DNA of 64,000 bases from an uncultured Bacteroidia bacterium. Lineage in GTDB: Bacteria > Bacteroidota > Bacteroidia > NS11-12g > UBA9320. The translations under genes were made by a program, and so were the position numbers. Location of the stretch: assembly GCA_943846675.1 (NCBI GenBank), contig OX044357.1:890713-954712 (forward strand), given 5' to 3'. This document shows, piece by piece, positions 40,159-47,883 of the stretch (its first letter is position 1; each line of letters starts with the position of its first letter). The notes under the pieces were generated by a model. It ran no database searches. It had not been told where the DNA came from and saw nothing but the letters and a program-made list of their open reading frames with translations.

Positions 40159-40770
40159 TTAATTATTTAAAGCTATTGTTTCTAGTAAGTTGTAATTTTC
40201 TAGTTTTGTTCTGTTGTCTCTTGTTAAATAAATTGTGTTGTTTTTATTACCTCCATTTTCAGGCCCTCTCATAGCTCTCCCTAGAATTTGTAACGCTGTT
40301 GTAACAGAATCAATATTTGCTAGTATCATTATGGAATTTAAGCCTGGTACGTCAATGCCTGTTGCGAGTATCCTCTCATTTACAATAATTGAAAGAGAGT
40401 CTTTGGTGCTACCTAAACGTTTTAAATAGTCTCTCCGATTTGCAGTGGGTGTTTCACCGACGATCAATTCATTTTCAATATCTTGCGATCTTAGATAAAG
40501 ACTTAAAGCAATGGCATGGGCCTTAGATTCTGCAAAAATTATCGTGTTTTCCCCTTTTTCAATTAAATTTTTACAGGTCTGATTTACACTTTCATGCAAT
40601 CCTTTATAATATGCTGATTTGTCAATTAACTTGTTACTCTTTTTTTCTGATGCCTCATTTATAACTTGATATTCAATATTAGATAAATAGTTCCTTTCTA
40701 TTAAATAATCGATCGGGCTAGGAACACTATTGTTGTCCTTATCTACTAATTGCAAATAATTATTAAACAA
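40159..40770 (-). CDS. SF2 helicase C-terminal (RecA2) domain; probably the 3' part of one frameshifted gene
   Basis: 'ILATGIDVPG' (motif V) and 'QILGRAMRG' (motif VI). TTG start in the ORF track. The frame stays open upstream into the preceding ORF. Confidence 0.7.
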   Translation of the reverse strand: MFNNYLQLVDKDNNSVPSPIDYLIERNYLSNIEYQVINEASEKKSNKLIDKSAYYKGLHESVNQTCKNLIEKGENTIIFAESKAHAIALSLYLRSQDIENELIVGETPTANRRDYLKRLGSTKDSLSIIVNERILATGIDVPGLNSIMILANIDSVTTALQILGRAMRGPENGGNKNNTIYLTRDNRTKLENYNLLETIALNN

Positions 40771-40775
40771 GGCCT

Positions 40776-41753
40776 TTAAAGTGCCAAATTCATCATCATC
40801 GGCTCTGAGCGGGTGGTAGCAGTTAATCCTACAATTTTAGGGTTGTTATTAAGTTTGATGTATGTATTAAAAATTTCTTGATACTGTTCTGCACCTGTGA
40901 AGTGTGCTTCATCGATAAATAAATAATCTAAATTCTTAATGAAATTTAAATCTTCATCAGCATTGCTATTAACTCTAGGTGTTAAGAGCTGAAAAGAAGC
41001 AAAGGTTATTTTGTCAATTTTATCATTATTAAAACTATTAAATCTATCCCAATATCTTTGGGCCATAACTAATCGATCTCCTTTTTGTTTCCAGATTTTT
41101 TGAAATGATTGTAAACTTTGTTCACAAAGTTCTTTTGAGTTTACAACCCACGCAATATTTAAGGGCAAGTCATTATTATGATTCCTAAACAAATCCACAA
41201 TAGTTTCCATTGCCAAAACCGTTTTTCCAGCACCTGTTGGCATTGTAACTAAGGTTTTGTTTGTATTATAGTTATACATGGCATTAAGATGTTTGGATAA
41301 GTTCTTTTTTACTCTTAATTGGTATGGATGCGGAAAGGCGTTTGTACCATTTGATTCTCCATATATAGGTATGGCATATTCAAAACTAGTCCTATTATCA
41401 TCAACCTCAATCGGTCTATATGACTCTTCAATTTTAAAATCTTGGAAAAACCGATTTATATCATTATTGTATACGTTAATAGCGTTGTCGTAGATATCGT
41501 CTTGATTCCCATCAAAACCTAAATCCATTAATGTGCTTGGAGCTAAAGCTTCTAAGAGTTGAGATCTCAACTTAGTATTATTAACTAAGTTAATTCCGTT
41601 ATGCAGAGCAACGGCTGTATTCAAAATTTCTCTAGGTAAGGCTTCGTTATCATTATTAACGAAAGTATATCTTATAATTTTAGTGGTATTATCACCTAAT
41701 ATTTTAGACTTGTCCTTATCGCTTAATTTCTTAATTAAATCATTTAGTCCCAT
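40776..41753 (-). CDS. SF2 DEAH helicase N-terminal (RecA1, ResIII-like) domain
   Basis: 'MPTGAGKTVLA' (I), 'LFIDEAHF' (II), 'GLTAT' (III). Ends 'TRSEPMMMNLAL*', whereas the +1 frame reads 'DDDEFGTLKALFNNY...' into the next ORF. Confidence 0.75.
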   Translation of the reverse strand: MGLNDLIKKLSDKDKSKILGDNTTKIIRYTFVNNDNEALPREILNTAVALHNGINLVNNTKLRSQLLEALAPSTLMDLGFDGNQDDIYDNAINVYNNDINRFFQDFKIEESYRPIEVDDNRTSFEYAIPIYGESNGTNAFPHPYQLRVKKNLSKHLNAMYNYNTNKTLVTMPTGAGKTVLAMETIVDLFRNHNNDLPLNIAWVVNSKELCEQSLQSFQKIWKQKGDRLVMAQRYWDRFNSFNNDKIDKITFASFQLLTPRVNSNADEDLNFIKNLDYLFIDEAHFTGAEQYQEIFNTYIKLNNNPKIVGLTATTRSEPMMMNLAL

Positions 41754-43015
41754 AATTCATTTTCAATTCTAAATATTACATTCTCAACTAATAAATGCGC
41801 TTCAGGGGATCCAAGTCTTCGTTTTTCCTCATTCATTATTCTGGTCACTGCCAGCAACACGTTTTTACTGTCCTTAACGTTAGTTCCTTTCTCATCACTT
41901 ACAGTTCCAGTTATCCTGAATGATGATAAAAATGTCTCAAGGGTCTCTCTCTCAACCTCATTTGTATCACAAAAAGAATCAATTAGTTTGGCCTTCCCTT
42001 TGCTAATTATTACTTCAAAGTTCGTAGAGGGTGAAATAGTAATGCAGTTGAATAAAAATGTTTCATTCAATATTTCGTTTTCCAACTTTAGTGTTCGACA
42101 TAGACCCCATAGTTTAACTATTGTTCTAAAATCTTCTATTTTTAGTAACGCGTGTAAGTAATGACAGATCGCTATTTGCCAAAAACGGACATTAAAATAT
42201 TCAATTGCAAAGTCATTCTCACTAATCTTTTCATGCAAAAATTCTAATTCCTCAGAAGTTACGATCTCATCTTCAAACACCAAATGGATAATATTGTCTA
42301 AGTAGGGATTATTATGATGAAGTGACGCTTTAGCCTTTTCTAGTAACTCGGGAGAGAACCCTAACTCTTTAATTTTACCTTTTAAAAAACTCTCTTCAGT
42401 TTCGGTTATGGTATTGTCACGTACAATACTATTGACCAAATTATCAAACTGGTAATTACCTGTTTTTACGTTTATATAATTCTTGTGCACTTCTTCTTTA
42501 AGCTGACTTGCTAAATCCATTGACCCTATTCGGCCACTAAGCTCCTTACTATATATTGATTCGCTCTCAGTCCAACTATTAGGTGTTACAGAACTGATAG
42601 GCTTCTGATCTTTCAAAGTATATGTCCAGGTATCTCTGTTATGGTCAACTTTGCTCTTTAAAGAGCCATACAAAAGCTTGCTTATTTCAGGTCGCGAATA
42701 CCTCAGATTATATTTTTGAAAGAGAATATTTCTTATTTCCTTAGCCTGTTTGGGTCTACCATTTTCTGATTTGAGAATTTCTAAGACTAATGCCCTTAGC
42801 TCATTATTTTGAACCTTTATCTCATGATGGACTTTATTCAGTTCCTCTTTCCGCCTTTTGCGTTCTATTTGGTCAGCTGTAAAGTGAATTTTATATTCCT
42901 TATGAATTATTTTCTGTATTTCCGAATTATTAGTCCCCGAATCTATTAATTCCACAATCCTATGGTTGTATGTTTTAAAGTTTGATTGCTTAGTCTTAAA
43001 CCTAATTTCTTTCAT
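41744..43015 (-). CDS. hypothetical protein (423 aa) with an internal TerB-like repeat
   Basis: Two ~25-aa motifs sit ~50 aa apart: 'DNTITETEESFLKGKIKELGFS' and 'EDEIVTSEELEFLHEKISENDF'. Overlaps both neighbours (14 nt and 10 nt), so it is translationally coupled. Confidence 0.5.
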   Translation of the reverse strand: MKEIRFKTKQSNFKTYNHRIVELIDSGTNNSEIQKIIHKEYKIHFTADQIERKRRKEELNKVHHEIKVQNNELRALVLEILKSENGRPKQAKEIRNILFQKYNLRYSRPEISKLLYGSLKSKVDHNRDTWTYTLKDQKPISSVTPNSWTESESIYSKELSGRIGSMDLASQLKEEVHKNYINVKTGNYQFDNLVNSIVRDNTITETEESFLKGKIKELGFSPELLEKAKASLHHNNPYLDNIIHLVFEDEIVTSEELEFLHEKISENDFAIEYFNVRFWQIAICHYLHALLKIEDFRTIVKLWGLCRTLKLENEILNETFLFNCITISPSTNFEVIISKGKAKLIDSFCDTNEVERETLETFLSSFRITGTVSDEKGTNVKDSKNVLLAVTRIMNEEKRRLGSPEAHLLVENVIFRIENELWD

Positions 43016-44069
43016 GACTTATAGATATCCTAATTGCGTTAAAGATAGAATTAATAGCTTTCAAAACATGTGAATCCTCTATAACACTTGAATTGCAAGC
43101 GCTTCCAGTGGATGCAATAAATTCTTTACTTTTCATCATTAAGAATTCATCAGCCTCAATGTTATTTAAAGAAATACTTAAAATGTGTGGTGCAGTAGGT
43201 ACAGTGGTGAAGTTCACTTTTCCAAGGTTTTGTTCAGTGAAGTACTTTTCCCATTTCTCCCTTTCTTCGTATAGGCGGGCCTCTCTTTGATCAAAATCTA
43301 TATGGGCAATTTTACAAGCCTCTCCGAAACCAACTATTAATGGGGTATTGTATGTTCCTCCTCTCATTCCTTGCTCCTGCCCTCCTCCATGAATTAGTGA
43401 TTCTAATTTTGTACCAGATTTTACAAATAGAGCACCCACGCCTTTAGGCCCATTCATCTTATGTGCAGATAAGCAAAGCATATCAATTTTATCTCTAAAA
43501 ACATTAACACTAACCTTACCTATAGCTTGAGTTGCGTCACAAAAGAAACAAATCGAATTATCTCTAGCAATCTTTCCAATACCTTGAATATCCTGGACAA
43601 CACCAATCTCATTATTCACATACATAATGGCGATAAGCGCGGTGTTTTCAGAAATAGCATTCTTTAAGTTGGTTAAAGAAATCAACCCATTTGAATCAAC
43701 ATCTAAATATGTTACCTCGTAACCTTTTGTTTCCAAATACTCGCAAGTGTTTAAAACTGCTTTATGCTCAGTTTTAACCGTTATAATGTGTTTGCCTTTA
43801 CTAGGATTTGCTTCTAAATATCCTTTCAAAGCCCAATTGATCGCTTCAGTAGCACCTGAGGTGAAGAAAATCTCGTTACTCTCTGCGTTTATGATTTCAG
43901 CAACATAGCCTCGCGCTTTTTCAATAACTATTTTAGCTTCTTTACCATAAACATGATTGCTACTAGCATTTCCAAATCTTTCATCGAAAAAAGGAAGCAT
44001 AACCTCTTTCACTCGTGAGTCAACTGGAGTGGTTGCGGCGTTATCCAAATATATTGGTCTTTTTGTCAA
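43002..44069 (-). CDS. cysteine desulfurase (class V aminotransferase; NifS/IscS/DndA/SspA-like)
   Basis: 'LDNAATTP', PLP-lysine 'SAHKMNGPKG', catalytic loop 'STGSACNS'. Confidence 0.9.
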   Translation of the reverse strand: MTKRPIYLDNAATTPVDSRVKEVMLPFFDERFGNASSNHVYGKEAKIVIEKARGYVAEIINAESNEIFFTSGATEAINWALKGYLEANPSKGKHIITVKTEHKAVLNTCEYLETKGYEVTYLDVDSNGLISLTNLKNAISENTALIAIMYVNNEIGVVQDIQGIGKIARDNSICFFCDATQAIGKVSVNVFRDKIDMLCLSAHKMNGPKGVGALFVKSGTKLESLIHGGGQEQGMRGGTYNTPLIVGFGEACKIAHIDFDQREARLYEEREKWEKYFTEQNLGKVNFTTVPTAPHILSISLNNIEADEFLMMKSKEFIASTGSACNSSVIEDSHVLKAINSIFNAIRISISHERN

Positions 44070-44137
44070 TGGTTTATAGCTGCTAAGGTAAACATCTCAT
44101 TTAATTTACGTGGACATTGATCTCACATTATTTAGAC

Positions 44138-45208
44138 TTATTTAACCCCAGTGTTAGTCGGATACGCCCTCCAACCGAATACATTTAAGGCTGTTGAGTC
44201 AAGCCCCCTTTTTACATATTGCATATAAAGTTCGGGGTTTTCCTGTTTGAATAGTGTTTTGTCAAATTCTATTTTACTTTTGGGTTCACGTTTCCAACCA
44301 CACAAACCATCGATGCCCTCAGAGTTCCCTACAAGAATCTTTAATCGGGCTTCTAATCTTAAATAATCCCAACTATAGTTATGCTTATTTTTTTGAAGTT
44401 CGATATACTCTTTATGTAACTCCTCCAGTTCTCCTGTGCGCGGCACCAAAGCATCTTCATCTATTAGGTCAACCTTAATCTCTAATTTCGGTAGACCGTT
44501 CTTTTTTAAGTATAATTCAGGTTCTGTATCTTTTAAGCTTTTTTTACCCTTTAATGTAAAACTGCCAGATACTGGAGAAATCTTGATTGTCGCGTATTGC
44601 TCGTAAATACCTGGATTTTCAGCAGCAAAGGTATTCTTGTCAAAAGAATCTGTACCCCTTCTGATGACGTGTTTAGCAATGCCATCAATTGAACCAGACA
44701 TTCCAAGGATAAGTCCAATTTGAGATCGAATAATGTCAATTAGAGTTGCATTTCGATCCATTTCCACTTTCAACGAAATTAGATCTCCCCATAACTCTTC
44801 AGCTAACCTTGATGCAGAAATCATTTCCCCATTGGATGCCACATTTGCGAGCTCATAACTTTTTTCAAGGTCATCTTTGATTTCATTTTGCTCAGTGATC
44901 AATTGTTTTGCGATATGGATTGCTTCATCCATTTCAGTTATTGTCATATCAAACCATTCACCAGTAATCCATTTGCTCCCAAATTTATAGTGTAAATGGG
45001 TTTCGAGGTGCTCGACAAAAGGAGAAATGAGTGAACAATAGTCGTATATATTCCTAGGATTTCCTGTTTGGTGTTCCTTTATCCGCTGCTCTGTTTCTTT
45101 TGAATCCCTGACCAGCCCTATTTTAACATATCGAGTTGTTTCTTGGGATAAGAAGTCTTTTTCTCTAAGGAAATAAAGACGCCCACTTGTTAGTTTAACT
45201 TTTGCCAT
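44138..45208 (-). CDS. T5orf172 (GIY-YIG-like, MUG113-type) domain protein with a duplicated C-terminal module
   Basis: N-terminal 'GRLYFLRE...YVKIGLV...RIKEHQTGNP...GEWFD' pattern. C-terminal repeats 'FDKNTFAAENPGIYEQY' and 'FDKTLFKQENPELYMQY'. Confidence 0.6.
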   Translation of the reverse strand: MAKVKLTSGRLYFLREKDFLSQETTRYVKIGLVRDSKETEQRIKEHQTGNPRNIYDYCSLISPFVEHLETHLHYKFGSKWITGEWFDMTITEMDEAIHIAKQLITEQNEIKDDLEKSYELANVASNGEMISASRLAEELWGDLISLKVEMDRNATLIDIIRSQIGLILGMSGSIDGIAKHVIRRGTDSFDKNTFAAENPGIYEQYATIKISPVSGSFTLKGKKSLKDTEPELYLKKNGLPKLEIKVDLIDEDALVPRTGELEELHKEYIELQKNKHNYSWDYLRLEARLKILVGNSEGIDGLCGWKREPKSKIEFDKTLFKQENPELYMQYVKRGLDSTALNVFGWRAYPTNTGVK

Positions 45209-45269
45209 CCTTTGATTCTAATTAATCTTCATGGTTTTAATTACATTTCAAACTGATTGGAAAACTTAT

Positions 45270-46055
45270 TCATTCATTTCTGTGAGACAAATATTCGATT
45301 TTAGGATGAAGCCTTTTGTCTTTAGGTAAAAAAATATTCTTTCCATTTAAATCAATTGTAAGTCTTCTATCAACTAAATGATATTCACCTTCTTCTTCTA
45401 ACATATCTCTATATTCAATTTTATATTTAGAATTTATGGTTATCCAATAATTATCAAATAGTTTATGATGATTGGAGCAAAGAAGAATACCATTTCTAAT
45501 GTCTAGCCTTTGCTGGCTGGTTGCAGCTGACCAAGGTATTATGTGAGACGCGTCTAAAACGAATTCAAATTCAAGTCCGCAGAATGCACACCTAGAATCA
45601 TATGCAACTAATAGCGCTTTTCTGAAAATTGATTGCGCAGCACCTCTCGATTTTACAATCCCATAAATTTCTTCGGATTTTCCTGGATCATTGATTAATC
45701 CCATAATGAGCTCATCCTCAGAAACCCCTGAGAGGGCAAATTCAAACGGATTCTGATGCTCACCCCAGTTGAATTCATAGACTTGTTTTAAACCACTTTC
45801 AATATCATCTGCATCCCAGGCTACAAAACCGTCTCCTGGCTTCCCTTCAAGTTTATTAACAACAAGTATACTAAGTGGTGGCAATTCGTTAACAAGGCAA
45901 TAGTCCTGAATTAATCCTAGTAAATGTCTGACTGGCCTGTGGTGTATTCCGATTCTTACTCCTAATTCACCATATGTAATTAATTTATTTTGACTTGCAA
46001 TTTCAGTAAGAACATCCCATCCTTTTGCAGCTCTTTCATGATGATTTATTTTCAT
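45270..46055 (-). CDS. HNH endonuclease with an N-terminal wHTH-like domain
   Basis: 'CAFCGLEFEFVLDASHIIPW...NGILLCSNHHKLFD'. Confidence 0.8.
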   Translation of the reverse strand: MKINHHERAAKGWDVLTEIASQNKLITYGELGVRIGIHHRPVRHLLGLIQDYCLVNELPPLSILVVNKLEGKPGDGFVAWDADDIESGLKQVYEFNWGEHQNPFEFALSGVSEDELIMGLINDPGKSEEIYGIVKSRGAAQSIFRKALLVAYDSRCAFCGLEFEFVLDASHIIPWSAATSQQRLDIRNGILLCSNHHKLFDNYWITINSKYKIEYRDMLEEEGEYHLVDRRLTIDLNGKNIFLPKDKRLHPKIEYLSHRNE

Positions 46056-46384
46056 TATTTGCTCCTAATTAATCCGTTGGTCTAAATCACGTACAGCTTA
46101 TTTATATCTCAACACCTTCGATAGAGTTTATGTAAAAAAATAATTTAAATAAAAGATGTTTGCCATTTCCAAATATATGTGTTTTAGCAACTTACAATTG
46201 TATCTAAAACAATACAACAGTCTATAATACATATGAATTTCATCAGGCAACAAGATTATTAGAGGTTCTAACACTGTAAAATGTCAGCCTAATGTTTACC
46301 ACTTAAGAGATAAAGTTAAGTAACAGTTTATTATCTTGAAAGACGTCTTTCAAGGCTTTATCAAATCTTAAAAAGTAAATAATA

Positions 46385-46747
46385 ATGGGAAAAGTAGGAA
46401 GACCAAGAAAAAGAACAGCCGAATCAGTTGTAAAAGACATCAGAAGACAAACCAGAAGAAAGTTCAACTCTGAAGAAAAAATCAGAATCGTCCTTGAAGG
46501 ATTAAAAGGAGAAGAATCTATTTCAGAAATCTGTCGTAAAGAAGGCATAGCACCAGCACTTTATTATCGTTGGAGCAAGGACTTTATTGAAGCGGGTAAA
46601 AAGCGTTTAAATGGAGACACAGAGCGTAATGCCAATACCGGAGAAGTTAAAGACCTCAAGGATGAATCGCAGAACCTTAAACTCGTTGTAGCAGAGCAAG
46701 CTCTTGAAATCAGAGTACTCAAAAAAAGCTTGCGTGGTCTAGAATAA
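46385..46747 (+). CDS. IS3-family transposase OrfA
   Basis: Identical 120-aa product to 25802-26164. Confidence 0.9.
   Translation: MGKVGRPRKRTAESVVKDIRRQTRRKFNSEEKIRIVLEGLKGEESISEICRKEGIAPALYYRWSKDFIEAGKKRLNGDTERNANTGEVKDLKDESQNLKLVVAEQALEIRVLKKSLRGLE
46721..46728 (+). promoter_or_regulatory. probable -1 programmed frameshift site A AAA AAG
   Basis: I translated the -1 frame across the site. It is open ('KKLAWSRIKFKKYMRFTQ...') and runs into orfB. Confidence 0.6.
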
Positions 46748-46761
46748 AGTTCAAAAAGTAT

Positions 46762-47739
46762 ATGCGCTTTACTCAAAACGAAAAATACGAGATCATCCGA
46801 TTGGTTGAAGACTCAGAACTTGGTGTGAACAGAACACTTGGTGAGCTTGACATACCAAAGAGGACGTTTTATAACTGGTATGGAAAATACACCAAGCATG
46901 GCTATGATGGTCTTGCTCCTAAAAAACGTAACGCCAATAGTCAGTGGAACCGAATACCTGACCAAGTTCGAAATGAAGTGGTTGAGCTTGCTTTAGAGGT
47001 TCCAGAACTATCTCCAAGGGAACTTGCCCACAGAATGATTGACCAAAAGCAATACTTTATCTCTGAGAGCAGTGTGTATCGGATCCTTAAATCAAGAGGG
47101 CTTATCACTTCTCCAGCATATATTGTAATGAGAGCTGCGGATGAGTTCAAGGATAAAACTACTCATGTAAACCAAATGTGGCAAACTGATTTTACATACT
47201 TTAAAATAGTTGGATGGGGTTGGTATTACCTATCCACCATTTTAGACGATTATAGCCGATATATTGTACACTGGGAGTTATGTTCTAATATGAAGACAGA
47301 TGATGTGACCAGATCACTTGACAGTGCTTTAGAAAAAGCTGGCCTAGACAAGAACAATAGTCCGAGACTGCTGAGTGATAACGGTTCTTGCTACATCAGT
47401 TCAGAACTTGCTAAATATATTCAAGACAAAGGAATGAGTCATGTTCGCGGAAGACCAATGCATCCGCAGACTCAGGGGAAGATAGAACGTTGGCACAGGT
47501 CAATGAAAAATGTGGTGAAACTTGAAAATTATTATTTACCTGGTGATTTGACAAACAGACTTGAAGAGTTTGTTGAGTATTACAACAACGAACGATATCA
47601 CGAATCTTTACAAAATCTAACGCCATCAGACGTGTATTTTGGACGCGGCCAAGAAATACTCGAACAACGACATTTAATTAAACTAAGAACAATGAAAAAA
47701 AGAAGAAAGCAACACCTGTTGCAAAGATTAAATTTATGA
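46762..47739 (+). CDS. IS3-family transposase OrfB
   Basis: DDE core as in copy 1. Confidence 0.92.
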   Translation: MRFTQNEKYEIIRLVEDSELGVNRTLGELDIPKRTFYNWYGKYTKHGYDGLAPKKRNANSQWNRIPDQVRNEVVELALEVPELSPRELAHRMIDQKQYFISESSVYRILKSRGLITSPAYIVMRAADEFKDKTTHVNQMWQTDFTYFKIVGWGWYYLSTILDDYSRYIVHWELCSNMKTDDVTRSLDSALEKAGLDKNNSPRLLSDNGSCYISSELAKYIQDKGMSHVRGRPMHPQTQGKIERWHRSMKNVVKLENYYLPGDLTNRLEEFVEYYNNERYHESLQNLTPSDVYFGRGQEILEQRHLIKLRTMKKRRKQHLLQRLNL

Positions 47740-47784
47740 CTTAATTTTCACTATCTCTGGTGAACATTAGTTTGAAGACTTACA

Positions 47785-47883
47785 AGCCTAACAGATAAGA
47801 TTCGGGAAGCTGGAAAGCTAATTGATATTCAGTTGTTGGATCACCTCATTCTTTGTTCTGATGACTATATGAGTATAGTTTAA
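47785..47883 (+). pseudogene. radC: 3' remnant of a radC-like (JAB-domain) gene truncated by IS copy 3
   Basis: 32 in-frame codons 'SLTDKIREAGKLIDIQLLDHLILCSDDYMSIV*' match the RadC C-terminal pattern (..LLDH.I.....Y.S). The remnant starts exactly at the IS end. Confidence 0.6.

Larger units (their letters stand above)
46275..47784 (+). mobile_element. IS3-family insertion sequence, copy 3 (1510 bp), inverted relative to copy 1
   Basis: Same termini and length as copy 1. OrfA is identical at protein level. OrfB differs only near its C-terminus (e.g. PADVYFGRSQEILDQ vs PSDVYFGRGQEILEQ). Confidence 0.9.

Noticed and set aside
45270-46055. Interpreting the HNH protein as a PT-dependent type IV enzyme (ScoMcrA-like sulfur-binding domain)
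   Set aside because: I cannot recognise sulfur-binding-domain signatures in the N-terminal region by eye. Such an enzyme would also conflict with a co-resident PT-writing system. The idea is left untested, not claimed.
24765-47784. Calling the IS-bracketed 20 kb a bona fide composite transposon
   Set aside because: There are no matching target-site duplications at the outer ends, and both outer junctions interrupt unrelated sequences. Only the potential for inversion or mobilisation is reported.
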